From a virus: 64,000 nucleotides of DNA. This document shows positions 38,451 to 48,481 of this stretch, in pieces; the first letter of the stretch is position 1; every line of letters starts with the position of its first letter. The notes under the pieces were generated by a model. It searched no databases. It was not told the DNA's origin and worked only from the letters and a program-made list of their open reading frames with translations. A program made the position numbers and the translations under genes. Location of the stretch: positions 4,907 through 68,906 of the IMG/VR virus record IMGVR_UViG_3300009079_000021; one strand, 5' to 3'.

Positions 38451-41259
38451 TGCCTATCGGCGTAGTAGTTCTTGGTTTATTAACTTTTTGTGTTGGCGAA
38501 GCAACTGTAGGAGTTCCACCTATTAAATTCTTAATTGTCTCCATTGGATTGAATTGTCTCTTTGGATCGGGTTCAGGGGGTGTTTTATCTATTGGGGTAG
38601 AAGGTTTCATCTTATCATTATACCAACTCATATCCTCTGAAGTTGGAGTTAGTCCAGACACTTTTGGTGGTTCGGGTGTTGGTGTCCTCAGTGATTGGTC
38701 ATATACTTCTCTAAGTTTTGAAGCAGATTTTACTGGTTGTCCATAATAACTAGCACCACCATGAGCAGAACTAGGAAATGATGCAATTTCTGGTGCCATT
38801 CGATCAAGAACATTTGTACTTAATCCTTCTTTCGCTAAAAGTTCAGGCGTAACTTTTCTATATGATGCAGTTCTGTCTAAGAACATTTTATCTTGCATCT
38901 CATTCGTAAATAAAGTATCACCAGACAATTTCATACTTCTTTGAATATCTCGTAAAGTATCTGGCATGAACTGATATCTACCTGTAGCAAAAGATCCAGG
39001 AGAATATCCTGCACTTCTACCTTTCACTTGTCCAGACATCATCATAGCATGAACTTCATCAATAGTCAATTCACCCTTTTCAAGTTCAGGAATTACTTGT
39101 CCCCCAAAAATTGTTCCATAACTTTTTGTCGTTCCTTCTGAAAAAGCGATTGCATCGAGAAGAGCACGCTGTTCCTTTGTCCCAACACCTGTAGATGTAC
39201 TCAAATTACTGTTTAATGGTGATGGACCAAAGGCAGGACCATAATATTCACCCCCACCTGCACCAGAAACAACAGGAGTTTGTGGTGATGCTTGAGCAGA
39301 ACCTCCAAGCAAAGAATTTAATATATTATCAATAAATGATTTAATCTTATCAAATATATTTTTAGATTTAGTTTTTAAATTAAAATTACCTAAACCACTT
39401 TTAGACGTAATACCTGTAAACAAACTCTTAATTTCTGAATTTGCATCCTCTGGTAAAATTGAAGTAAATGGTTGAAGAATACTATTAGCAAGATTTAATA
39501 TACCTAGAGTTGCTACTTTTTGAGGAACAGTAATAGACGATCTAAGTGGTTTTGTAAGTTTTTGAACACCGGATCCAACAGGAGGAATATCTGTAATTGG
39601 TTTAAGTGGTTTCTTTACACCTCTAGTAAATTTACCTCCATCAAATGCACGACGAACTGGTATACTTAAAGGTGTCTCACCATATTTTTTACCCTTACTA
39701 TCTGGTGAAGGTACATAATCAAAACCAGTTTGTGGAGTTCTTGATCCATCTCTTATAGATGGTTCATAATCAAAACCAGTTTGTGGAGTTCTTGATCCAT
39801 CTCTTATAGATGGTTCATTTGATTCTTCACGTGAACGACGAACTGATATACTTAAAGGTGCCTTATCATATTTTTTACCCTTACTATCTTGTGAAGGTAC
39901 ATAATCAAAACCAGTTTGTGGAGTTCGTGATCCATCTCTTACAGATGGTTCATTTGATTCTTCACGTGAACGAAAAATATCTCCCCAAAAACTAGAAAAT
40001 GCTTCTGCTTCACTTTCAGGAGTTCGTGATCCATCTCTTACAGATGGTTCTGCAGAATCTTCTGCTTTAGGAATAAACCAATTGAAAAATTTAGTAACTG
40101 GATCATCTTCTTCACCTTCACCTGGATCAGGAATAATACCAAGTGGATCCCATATTTGATTTCTTGGACCTTTTGTATCTTTAGTTAAGTAATCCTCAAC
40201 AGCATCTAATATCAAAGGTAATGCAAGTGCTGATAATGCTGCACTAAGACCAGCAATTCCTGCTTTTTTGAATGGACCCAGCAGGAAATCTAAAAGACCT
40301 CCCAATGCACTTTCTTCCTTTTCTCCTTCCCCTACAGCAGAAGTATTTGAATCTCCTGGATCTGGTTTAATCTGCTCAAGTTCTTTTTCTCGTTTTCTTG
40401 CTGCTAATCTGGTAGTTAACTTTTTATCAATACTTTTCTTAAATTCAAATCTTGCTTTATCAATTTTATACATGTTATAGAGTGCTTCTCGCGTCTCCAT
40501 AACATTAATTTTAATCTCAGATAATTGCTCACTGAGACCCATACTTTCAGAAGATAAAACCTTTCGATCAAACTTCTTTTTACCTCTAGTTTTTCTTCTC
40601 TTAGATGGAGTGGGTTGAGGAAGAGGTTCTTTTCTAATTTGATCAAGAACATCATCAATTTTATTTCCAAGTTGATCTTGAACTTCATCTTCCCAAGGAT
40701 CTTCTACTTGAGATTCAGTTTTCTTAGCAGGTTCTTTTTTCTCAGGAGGTTCTTTTGGTCCCTGCATTGCTTCAGGACCAATTGGATTCTCATATTGAAA
40801 CTTACCCTTCGCCTCTTGTTCTGTTTTCTTCTTAAAATCTTCAAATCTTTTCTTATCTGCTGCAATGAGTTCATCAATTGCATCCATGATCGCATCAGAA
40901 GTTTCTTCTAATGCTTCCTTTGTCTTCTGTTCTGTTTTCTCAATAAAATCATCTACATTTTTATCTTCAGGTTTATATACAGAAACTTTTTCACTTTTTT
41001 TAGTAGTAACAATTTTATTATTACTAATAATTTTATCCTTCCTTTCGGATGCCATGCTCTCTGCCATCGCATGAAGTTCAGTATTATTCCTCCCCTGAAC
41101 AAGTTGACTATCAAGTTCACTCGACTCTTTATCACTCAAAGAGTTATAATACTTAGAAATAAGACCAATCTGCTCATCAGTAAGTTGATCAGCAAGTTTC
41201 TTACCAAGTTTAACTTCGTATGACTTTCTTAATATTTTAGGATCCCTTTTCCTTGCCAT
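38419..41259 (-). CDS. tape-measure-like protein with C-terminal lysozyme/transglycosylase domain
   Basis: Charged helical N-terminal part; ALLDAIAFSEGT...ATGRYQFMPDT lysozyme-like motif. Confidence 0.7.
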   Translation of the reverse strand: MARKRDPKILRKSYEVKLGKKLADQLTDEQIGLISKYYNSLSDKESSELDSQLVQGRNNTELHAMAESMASERKDKIISNNKIVTTKKSEKVSVYKPEDKNVDDFIEKTEQKTKEALEETSDAIMDAIDELIAADKKRFEDFKKKTEQEAKGKFQYENPIGPEAMQGPKEPPEKKEPAKKTESQVEDPWEDEVQDQLGNKIDDVLDQIRKEPLPQPTPSKRRKTRGKKKFDRKVLSSESMGLSEQLSEIKINVMETREALYNMYKIDKARFEFKKSIDKKLTTRLAARKREKELEQIKPDPGDSNTSAVGEGEKEESALGGLLDFLLGPFKKAGIAGLSAALSALALPLILDAVEDYLTKDTKGPRNQIWDPLGIIPDPGEGEEDDPVTKFFNWFIPKAEDSAEPSVRDGSRTPESEAEAFSSFWGDIFRSREESNEPSVRDGSRTPQTGFDYVPSQDSKGKKYDKAPLSISVRRSREESNEPSIRDGSRTPQTGFDYEPSIRDGSRTPQTGFDYVPSPDSKGKKYGETPLSIPVRRAFDGGKFTRGVKKPLKPITDIPPVGSGVQKLTKPLRSSITVPQKVATLGILNLANSILQPFTSILPEDANSEIKSLFTGITSKSGLGNFNLKTKSKNIFDKIKSFIDNILNSLLGGSAQASPQTPVVSGAGGGEYYGPAFGPSPLNSNLSTSTGVGTKEQRALLDAIAFSEGTTKSYGTIFGGQVIPELEKGELTIDEVHAMMMSGQVKGRSAGYSPGSFATGRYQFMPDTLRDIQRSMKLSGDTLFTNEMQDKMFLDRTASYRKVTPELLAKEGLSTNVLDRMAPEIASFPSSAHGGASYYGQPVKSASKLREVYDQSLRTPTPEPPKVSGLTPTSEDMSWYNDKMKPSTPIDKTPPEPDPKRQFNPMETIKNLIGGTPTVASPTQKVNKPRTTTPIGSDPMLQPGGY
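39649..40050. repeat. mosaic of near-identical internal DNA duplications (EPS[VI]RDGSRTP, QTGFDY, DSKGKKY..PLSI.VRR)
   Basis: Repeated blocks such as CATAATCAAAACCAGTTTGTGGAGTTC seen three times. Confidence 0.85.
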
Positions 41260-41262
41260 TTA

Positions 41263-43983
41263 TCAACCTCCAATAAGAGCAGCATTACCCCAGGCAGGAG
41301 TATTTGATGAAGACAGTTTTTGTCCTAATCTAGTAGATAATGGAATAACCAAAGGATCCGGTGGTGGTGGCGTTGGCAGTGTAAATAAATTCATTAATGG
41401 AAGATCTGCTTGAATTTCATCCATTGGATCTTGATCTACTGCAGTATCTTTATTTAGTGCAGGTTTAGATGGAACACTAACACTTCCAGATTTTGCAGTT
41501 CGTACATCACCATGACCTGTTTTTAAAATAACATTTCCTTGAGCATCTGTCATGGTAATAAATGCACCATATCCTCCACCTTGATGGTAATTTACTTTAC
41601 CACCATCAACTGTTGGAACAAGAATATCCTGACCTTCTACACTAGATCCAAATCTATTTTCTCCCATGAGAGGAGCATAATAATCAATACTATTGAAACC
41701 ACCTTGATCAATAGCACGTCCCCTAGGAATATTATGTGCTTCAAATGCTCTTTGTAATAGAGCACTCTTTTCTTCCATAGAAGCACTAGGATCATATATT
41801 GTATTGGCAATCATACTATTAGAGAATTCAATCTTTCTACCCTGAGCAGCATATCCTGCTGCAAGTTGATCCATCATTGCTACCTTTTCTTCCATAGAAA
41901 GAGAAGAGTTAAACTTAGTGTCAATGTGGTAATCAGAGGATCCACCAATATATGCAGATTTACCAGTTTTTAGTCCTGTATTGAATACCCCCTCAGAACT
42001 CATATTTAAATTGCCATTAAGAGTTTTTCTTAAACTAGGTGGCAGAGTAGCTGCCGCTGCAGGTCTTCCACCAAGTAATCTACCCATAAATCCAGTAACA
42101 CCTGTTACTACTTTTTTAATACCAGGTGGAATTATATTTTTAACAAATTCAATAATCTTTTTAACAGGTTCCATGATAGACATGAACCCTTTCGTTACAT
42201 AATCAAAAATTGTATCTCCCAGATCACTAAATGTAGTTTGAATTAGGGCAATTCCTTTAATTGGTGACGCAATATCTCTTTGTATATTTGTAAGATCTTG
42301 CAACTCAGGGATGCCATATGTTTTTATTCCTGCTGCTTTTGCATAGTCGGTAGCAGCAGTTACAAGTGGAGATACACCATAGTTTAAATATTTTGCTGCT
42401 TGACTTGTTCCTAAGAAATAAGATAATTTACTCTCAGGAACGATATACTCCTTCTCACCCCCATCTCCAACAATAACCAGTTGTGGTTTATCTTCTGTAA
42501 TACCACCCTCTTTCATTTCAGGGATGGGATTGTCATAGTATCTTGCTGTTGATGGATACTTTTCTATAATACTTTGCTTTTGTTCAAGATATTTTTTTGG
42601 ATCTGCTGCCTGACGTTCAGCAAGTATACGTCTATTTCCTTTGTCATTAAGTTTCCAAGCGTTACTCTCTGGAGTTCTATCTTCCATGGTATTAATATCA
42701 CCACGGGGTTCCGTCAAACTTCTGGTAAAAGGATCTGATTTAAAGGCATTCGAGATACCTGTACTAAGATCCATGATATTGGTAATTATATTAGCATTAG
42801 GATTAACTATTTCTTTGGCTGTAAAATACCCATCTAATAAAAGCAATGGAGCAAGCGCCTTGCTAGCAAGACCCCTAGCCATTCCTCCAGCACGTGCTAA
42901 TCCTGGTGGTACTTTAATTTTAGAAGCAATTCCACCCAAAGGACCCGCACCGGCACCACCAGTAACTGTTGGTGATGCTCCTGGTCCAAGTCCAAATGGT
43001 CTGGTAGCACCACCAGTAGTTACTTTTGGTCCGGCAAAAGGATTTCTAATCTTAGGTAATCCAAGACCACCTAAAGGACTTTGCAATCCTCTAGGTATTT
43101 GTGGCATTGATCGTGTTACATTTGGTCCCTTCTTGAATACATCAAAAGGATTATTGAGTCCTTTTGGTATTTTATTTGCACCACCTATTGTAATACTAGG
43201 TTTAGGACCAAATCTTTTAAATGGATTACCTAATCCCTTGAATGGGTTGTTTAAACCAGGAGGAACCGCAGGTTTACCACTAGTAACTTTAGGTTTAAAT
43301 GGATTAAACCTCCTAAATGGATTAGGTCTTGCACCCCCCTTACCTCTAGTTACAGGTTTATTAGATGATCTAGGTTTATTCCTGTTTCTATTCTTATTTT
43401 TATTTCTACTCTTATTTTTATTTCTACTCTTATTTCTATTTTTAGGTTGATTAGGATTAGTTTTTGGAGTCCTTCTAGGTGCTTTTCTGAAGGGAGTTCC
43501 AAATACACCCGGCAATCCTAGTCCTCCACCATCTTCTCCAGGAATGATAGGTGTAACTCCTTCACTGGCACCTGCTGCTGCTCCTCCTGCTTTGCCTTCA
43601 CCACCTAATCTTAATTTATTTAATCTATTCTTCTCATACTTAAATATTTGTTCTTTTAATTTTAAGTTAAGAACTGCAGTATTTCTTAATCTTAGCGTTT
43701 CAGATACTAACTTAGATTCTCCTTCCTTTGATTCCTTTTTCTCGACAGGTATTGTTTCGTTAACACCTTCTGGAGTAGTAGTATTAGCATCATAAATTTC
43801 CATTATCATGCCATTATAATTATCTAAACCATAAGAACCACCACCAGCATTCTTCCTCTTATTATCACCATTAGAGGAAGATTTCTTTTTATTTCCAAAT
43901 AGAGATTGTAGTCCCTTAGAAATAATACTAGATTTAGGTTTAGATTTGCCTTTTTTAGGCTTACCCTTAGGTTTAAATCTCAT
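41263..43983 (-). CDS. tape-measure-like protein with basic Gly/Pro-rich region and C-terminal M23-peptidase-like segment
   Basis: Low-complexity K/N/P/G repeats; IVGDGGEKEYIVP motif; YHID...GGGYGAFI...KTGHG. Confidence 0.65.
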   Translation of the reverse strand: MRFKPKGKPKKGKSKPKSSIISKGLQSLFGNKKKSSSNGDNKRKNAGGGSYGLDNYNGMIMEIYDANTTTPEGVNETIPVEKKESKEGESKLVSETLRLRNTAVLNLKLKEQIFKYEKNRLNKLRLGGEGKAGGAAAGASEGVTPIIPGEDGGGLGLPGVFGTPFRKAPRRTPKTNPNQPKNRNKSRNKNKSRNKNKNRNRNKPRSSNKPVTRGKGGARPNPFRRFNPFKPKVTSGKPAVPPGLNNPFKGLGNPFKRFGPKPSITIGGANKIPKGLNNPFDVFKKGPNVTRSMPQIPRGLQSPLGGLGLPKIRNPFAGPKVTTGGATRPFGLGPGASPTVTGGAGAGPLGGIASKIKVPPGLARAGGMARGLASKALAPLLLLDGYFTAKEIVNPNANIITNIMDLSTGISNAFKSDPFTRSLTEPRGDINTMEDRTPESNAWKLNDKGNRRILAERQAADPKKYLEQKQSIIEKYPSTARYYDNPIPEMKEGGITEDKPQLVIVGDGGEKEYIVPESKLSYFLGTSQAAKYLNYGVSPLVTAATDYAKAAGIKTYGIPELQDLTNIQRDIASPIKGIALIQTTFSDLGDTIFDYVTKGFMSIMEPVKKIIEFVKNIIPPGIKKVVTGVTGFMGRLLGGRPAAAATLPPSLRKTLNGNLNMSSEGVFNTGLKTGKSAYIGGSSDYHIDTKFNSSLSMEEKVAMMDQLAAGYAAQGRKIEFSNSMIANTIYDPSASMEEKSALLQRAFEAHNIPRGRAIDQGGFNSIDYYAPLMGENRFGSSVEGQDILVPTVDGGKVNYHQGGGYGAFITMTDAQGNVILKTGHGDVRTAKSGSVSVPSKPALNKDTAVDQDPMDEIQADLPLMNLFTLPTPPPPDPLVIPLSTRLGQKLSSSNTPAWGNAALIGG

Positions 43984-44114
43984 TAACTTCTACGCTGTTG
44001 TTCGATACGTTTCTTTTCCTCTTCCAAATACTGTCTTAACAAAGTAGTGTAGATATCATATTCCCAAGGAATTAAATTATCTATCTCTGTTAAACTATAT
44101 TTGTGGTGTTGCAT
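43983..44114 (-). CDS. gp51: baseplate hub assembly protein gp51 (frame is open upstream to 44171 without a start codon)
   Basis: Read manually: (SLENYYRSNFAL)MQHHKYSLTEIDNLIPWEYDIYTTLLRQYLEEE. Confidence 0.85.
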   Translation of the reverse strand: MQHHKYSLTEIDNLIPWEYDIYTTLLRQYLEEEKKRIEQQRRS

Positions 44115-44164
44115 TAATGCAAAATTACTCCTATAGTAATTTTCTAAAGAATTATGAAAGAGGG

Positions 44165-44866
44165 CTATACGAAAAAATTGGAAAGACCTTCAACTACATA
44201 TTCAAACTCAAATCCTGTTTTTGGATTTTCTAACTTAAGTTTATGACGAAGGGATGGCATAGTATCAAAGAATTTTTGAAGTTTTGCAAACTGCTTTGAA
44301 CTTAATTGCTCAATAAAATGAATATATTCATGTTCAGTTGTAGTATTAGTATCCCACACTTCCTCATCATTATAAATTTTAGCAACTGAATTTGCTACAA
44401 ATTTAAAGGAATCATCAATATCTTCTTGAGGATTTGCAAAAGTATCAATACCAGGATATTTCATTTCAATCCAAAGGTTATCATCCAACTTAATCTTATT
44501 AGTATGACCATATTCAAATTCAACGTTTACTTGTTCAATGTCAATAGTAACCTTAACATCGGTCTCAGGATCATCTGGACATGGTATGAGCAATTCGATA
44601 ATTTCACCTACAGATTTTGCTCTAATATTCAAGAAAATATATTCAATATCAAAAGTTGCTAAATCTTGAACTTTAAATCCTTTAGTGATTATACATGAGG
44701 CAATGATAGATTCTAATGCATCAGCAATTTGCTTTTCATCTTCAGATTCTAATGCCATCAGGAGAATTTTCTCCTCTTTAACCATAAATGGTCTATATTT
44801 TACCTTCTTTTTTGAGGAAGGAATTACCAACTCATAACTTGGCAAACTCAGGGTAGGAAGTGACAT
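44165..44866 (-). CDS. gp26: baseplate hub subunit/chaperone gp26
   Basis: LP...YEL.IPS....VKYRPFMVKEEKILL...FDIEYIFLNIRAKSVGE...EGLSNFF. Confidence 0.9.
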   Translation of the reverse strand: MSLPTLSLPSYELVIPSSKKKVKYRPFMVKEEKILLMALESEDEKQIADALESIIASCIITKGFKVQDLATFDIEYIFLNIRAKSVGEIIELLIPCPDDPETDVKVTIDIEQVNVEFEYGHTNKIKLDDNLWIEMKYPGIDTFANPQEDIDDSFKFVANSVAKIYNDEEVWDTNTTTEHEYIHFIEQLSSKQFAKLQKFFDTMPSLRHKLKLENPKTGFEFEYVVEGLSNFFV

Positions 44867-44887
44867 AAAATAATCTCCAAAATTTAA

Positions 44888-45568
44888 TTAATTGTCTTCT
44901 TTAAGAAGTTTAGAATATTCAAAGTAAAATGATGCTTGAAATTTGAGCAATTGATTTGGACCGTTAGAAACAGTAATATCATTGATCAAATATGGGTATA
45001 CATTATAAAGGAATAGTGTAGATTTTGAACGTAGTTTTTTAGACGTGTCCCTCTCACCAAATGTAGGTTCAACTTTATCAATGACCATATTGCAGGTATA
45101 ATCATTATAATAATTAGTTAGAACATAATTCCTCAAAAGTGGTCCAGTATTACTATTTTCAATAGAAACACCATTGCTTACCTGAAACGGAAAGATGAAT
45201 TCTGCCCACCTATGTAGCATCTTATAAGGAAGATGCTCATGGTCCATCAAAAAGGTAATTGTAAAATCTCTAAACGTTTTAGTATGAGCATACTTTTGAT
45301 TCATTCCAGGCATATGCCCTTCAAAATCACCAGTACTGATACTAAATCCAGGGATATTAACTTCATCTGCAAGATAACTTAATTTTGCAGCATCACTATT
45401 TAATGCACTAGTTTCATAAATATCTGCTTCAGGTACACCGATAAAATCACGTCCAACTGCATCTGCAAGAGCAGGACTTTCACCAAATTGGAATGATATT
45501 TGATAACGATTTGAAGACGCAAGTCCATTTGGACCTACTATATTCGTCATAACATCGGTTATCTTCAT
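44888..45568 (-). CDS. tail-tube-like baseplate protein (gp54/gp19-like)
   Basis: NRYQISF...EVNIPG...YYNDY...YNVYP...F.ASFYF tube-fold pattern; synteny. Confidence 0.65.
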   Translation of the reverse strand: MKITDVMTNIVGPNGLASSNRYQISFQFGESPALADAVGRDFIGVPEADIYETSALNSDAAKLSYLADEVNIPGFSISTGDFEGHMPGMNQKYAHTKTFRDFTITFLMDHEHLPYKMLHRWAEFIFPFQVSNGVSIENSNTGPLLRNYVLTNYYNDYTCNMVIDKVEPTFGERDTSKKLRSKSTLFLYNVYPYLINDITVSNGPNQLLKFQASFYFEYSKLLKEDN

Positions 45569-45597
45569 CTAAATAGAAGCGGAAGCGTATATTTATA
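45569..45597. promoter_or_regulatory. overlapping divergent late promoters (CTAAATA on +, TATAAATA on -)
   Basis: Both motifs lie in the 44-bp gap between divergent structural genes. Confidence 0.65.
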
Positions 45598-45612
45598 TTT
45601 AGCGACTTTTTT

Positions 45613-46047
45613 ATGGCATATAGTGGAAAGTACAAACCATCTTATCCAAATAAGTATAAGGGGGACCCTACAAATGTTATCTACCGCTCTTTATGGGAAA
45701 GAAAATTCATGGTATGGTGTGACAGCAATCCAAATGTTTTACAATGGGGAAGTGAAGAAATTGTTATCCCTTACATCTCTCCTCTTGATAATAGGGTCCA
45801 TCGCTATTTCCCAGATTTCTATGTCCGAGCAAGAACTAAAACTGGGGGGACGGAGAAATTTATTATCGAGATCAAACCGTTTAAGCAGACAGCACCTCCC
45901 CAAAAACAACAGCGTCGTACAAAGAGGTATATAAATGAAGTCGTGACATATGTTGTAAATGATGCAAAGTGGAGAGCAGCAACTAAATATTGTAAAGACA
46001 GAAAATGGCAATTTAAAATCCTAACAGAGAAAGAACTAAAAATATGA
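45613..46047 (+). CDS. gp4: head completion nuclease gp4
   Basis: KYKGDPTNVIYRSLWE...WGSEE...HRYFPDF...EIKP. Confidence 0.92.
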   Translation: MAYSGKYKPSYPNKYKGDPTNVIYRSLWERKFMVWCDSNPNVLQWGSEEIVIPYISPLDNRVHRYFPDFYVRARTKTGGTEKFIIEIKPFKQTAPPQKQQRRTKRYINEVVTYVVNDAKWRAATKYCKDRKWQFKILTEKELKI

Positions 46048-46502
46048 GTGTTATCGAAAAGATCAAAGAAGAAGGTGCTAAAACAAAACATAGTCAAAGA
46101 CAAGTAGCATTTGAATATCTCTTTGATCATGTCAAAGATGATGTGATGGTAGGTAAGTTTTACCTATTTGAATATAACCCTAAAACAAAAGCACGTCTAA
46201 AACGTTGGGATAAGTATCCATTGGTTTTAGTAACTACAATGTATGATGATGGATTTATGGGAGCAAATTTTCATTACACCACAGAAAAGCAAAGAATGAT
46301 ACTTGCTAAAAAGTTTCTAAATAGTAATGTTAAAATTCCATTTAAATTGCTACATAGATATATTATCAATCGAGCAGATAACTTATTTTTTGAAGTTCCA
46401 GATGAGGACCTTATTGAATTTGCTGCATTGCCCATAGAGCAATTTTATGATAAAAATAATCGTTTTGTGAGTTCAAGCAAAGTACAAAGATCTGGTAGAT
46501 AA
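46044..46502 (+). CDS. gp2: DNA end protector protein gp2-like
   Basis: GKFYLFEYNPKTK..L..WDKYPLV...GFMGANFHY. Confidence 0.75.
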   Translation: MSVIEKIKEEGAKTKHSQRQVAFEYLFDHVKDDVMVGKFYLFEYNPKTKARLKRWDKYPLVLVTTMYDDGFMGANFHYTTEKQRMILAKKFLNSNVKIPFKLLHRYIINRADNLFFEVPDEDLIEFAALPIEQFYDKNNRFVSSSKVQRSGR

Positions 46503-47608
46503 TGTCAATAAAACTTCAATACCCTAGAAGTACTCTAGAAAATACAGGCGCATATCTAACATTTAGAGCATACGATTATAGTTCTGCTCCTGGAATTGCT
46601 GGTGGTGCCCCAAATATTAGAGACCAAGTTCAAAGAGGATCTGGACCATTATCTAGTGGTACTGACTTAGATAATTTAGGAACATCACTCACAACCGCAT
46701 TTGGAGCTACTGGTGGTGGTGGAGATGGTGATGCATCTGGAATTGGTTCAGTATCACTATATTTACCACAAAATTTAGAATATAGTTATGGAGCAAATTG
46801 GCAAGCAATGCAATTTGGTGCCTTAGGTGCGGCATTTAATCAAGGTCAATCTCTAGGTGGATTAACAGAACAAGCAGGGAAAATTGGAGCAGCAACTGGA
46901 GCAAATGTATTAGTAGGTTTAGCAGATGCATTAACTAAAGATATTCCAAAAAAACAAGATTTAGACCTTGATAATCTTCTTGGTGCTTCATTTGGAATTA
47001 CATTTAATGATAATACTTTGCAAACTTTTGAGAAAATGGATACCAGATCCTTTGACTTTAAATATATTATGGTTGCTAGAGATGCTGACGAAGAAACAGA
47101 AATTAGACAAATTATCAAGTTTTTCAAACTTGCAATGCATCCTGATTCTACATCAAATAACAAGAATAACACAATTTTCCTAAAATATCCATATATTTTC
47201 AGAATTGTTCCCAGTCAATATAAAAACACAGTTAGTCGCAGATTAGGTAATAGAACAACTACCTTACAAAACAATACAAATTTTAGTTCATTCTTACCAC
47301 AAACTAGATATTGTGGTTTAAAATCAGTAAACGTTAATTACACCCCAAATAACGTAATTTCATTAACTCCAAATAATTTTGTTACTGCAGTAAGTTTGAG
47401 TTTATCCTTCGTAGAACTTACAAACCTCACAAGAAAAGATATCATTGATATTGAAGATCCAACTGATCTTGGTTTTGGCGTCAGAGGTGGAACTGATGGA
47501 ATGAGAAAACTAATAGGACAATCTCAAAGAAATACTGGATCTGGTCGCGATGGTTCATTTGGAACAGGCACAAATGGTGCTGGAAGACCATCTAATCCTC
47601 CTAATTAA
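46502..47608 (+). CDS. gp48: baseplate tail-tube cap gp48
   Basis: LYLPQN...RSFDFKY...FLKYPYIF...VNVNYTPN...LSFVEL. Confidence 0.85.
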   Translation: MSIKLQYPRSTLENTGAYLTFRAYDYSSAPGIAGGAPNIRDQVQRGSGPLSSGTDLDNLGTSLTTAFGATGGGGDGDASGIGSVSLYLPQNLEYSYGANWQAMQFGALGAAFNQGQSLGGLTEQAGKIGAATGANVLVGLADALTKDIPKKQDLDLDNLLGASFGITFNDNTLQTFEKMDTRSFDFKYIMVARDADEETEIRQIIKFFKLAMHPDSTSNNKNNTIFLKYPYIFRIVPSQYKNTVSRRLGNRTTTLQNNTNFSSFLPQTRYCGLKSVNVNYTPNNVISLTPNNFVTAVSLSLSFVELTNLTRKDIIDIEDPTDLGFGVRGGTDGMRKLIGQSQRNTGSGRDGSFGTGTNGAGRPSNPPN

Positions 47609-47627
47609 AATTCATCTTTAACGAAAC

Positions 47628-48251
47628 ATGGCATACTTCGACAAAATACCCGATATACTATATCTAAAATACGATAAAAATCCATATGATGGTAATTTTA
47701 TTCGTATTAAGAATATTTTTGGACGTATTAAAGTAATCGACGAAGTTTTAGAAGGAGCAACTGTATTTCAAGATTACTTTGTACAGGATCACGAAAGACC
47801 AGACACAATAGCATATGACTTCTACAAAGATCCTGGTCTTGATTGGGTCATTATGATTATCAATAATATTAGAAATATACACTCAGATTGGCCTAGAAAT
47901 ACTAGCACTTTAACGAATTACATAGAAAGAAAATACAGAAATCCTGGTGGCATTCATCACTATGAAACTTTAGAACAAAGATTCAATGAAAGAGTAATTT
48001 TACAAGGTGGTATTGAAGTTGGCGAGTCATTTAGATTCATCGATCCACGTGGAAATGAAAAATTAGCAGAAGAATCTAGAGGACCAGTAAATAATCTAGT
48101 ATATGAAACTCGTGAAAATGATAAAAAGAAGAAAATCTATATCTTAAAGGAAGATCTAATAGAAGAGTTTGTTGATATCTTTACTAAAGAAATGAAATTT
48201 ACTACTAGTACCGAGTTTGTATCAGAAACACTAAAAAGAAATATTAATTAA
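47628..48251 (+). CDS. gp53: baseplate wedge subunit gp53
   Basis: YF..IP...ERPDTIAYDFY....DWVIMIINNI...WP...HHYET. Confidence 0.9.
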   Translation: MAYFDKIPDILYLKYDKNPYDGNFIRIKNIFGRIKVIDEVLEGATVFQDYFVQDHERPDTIAYDFYKDPGLDWVIMIINNIRNIHSDWPRNTSTLTNYIERKYRNPGGIHHYETLEQRFNERVILQGGIEVGESFRFIDPRGNEKLAEESRGPVNNLVYETRENDKKKKIYILKEDLIEEFVDIFTKEMKFTTSTEFVSETLKRNIN

Positions 48252-48268
48252 TTCATTAACAAAGATGT

Positions 48269-48481
48269 TCATACTAAAAGTTTACTAAAGCTGATTGCTA
48301 GGAGGAACATAAGCATTATAACCACATCCCATGATTTTGTCAGTACAAAATATGGTACTGAAATCATATCTGCAACAAAATGTAATGCAACTCCAAGAGT
48401 TGTATTAATGTGAAGAACAACAAAATAGGCAGTAATCACTAGGATACTACCAGTTATTCTCATCGGGACAATGATGTTCAT
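48269..48481 (-). CDS. small membrane protein
   Basis: ORF track; hydrophobic. Confidence 0.65.
   Translation of the reverse strand: MNIIVPMRITGSILVITAYFVVLHINTTLGVALHFVADMISVPYFVLTKSWDVVIMLMFLLAISFSKLLV

Noticed and set aside
39649-40050. Repeats as a CRISPR array or DGR template/variable pair
   Set aside because: In-frame coding duplications with no unique spacers, no adenine-specific variation and no reverse transcriptase
42641-43450. 269-aa antisense ORF with FLFLFL repeats
   Set aside because: Shadow of the low-complexity Gly/Pro/Lys/Asn region of the minus-strand gene
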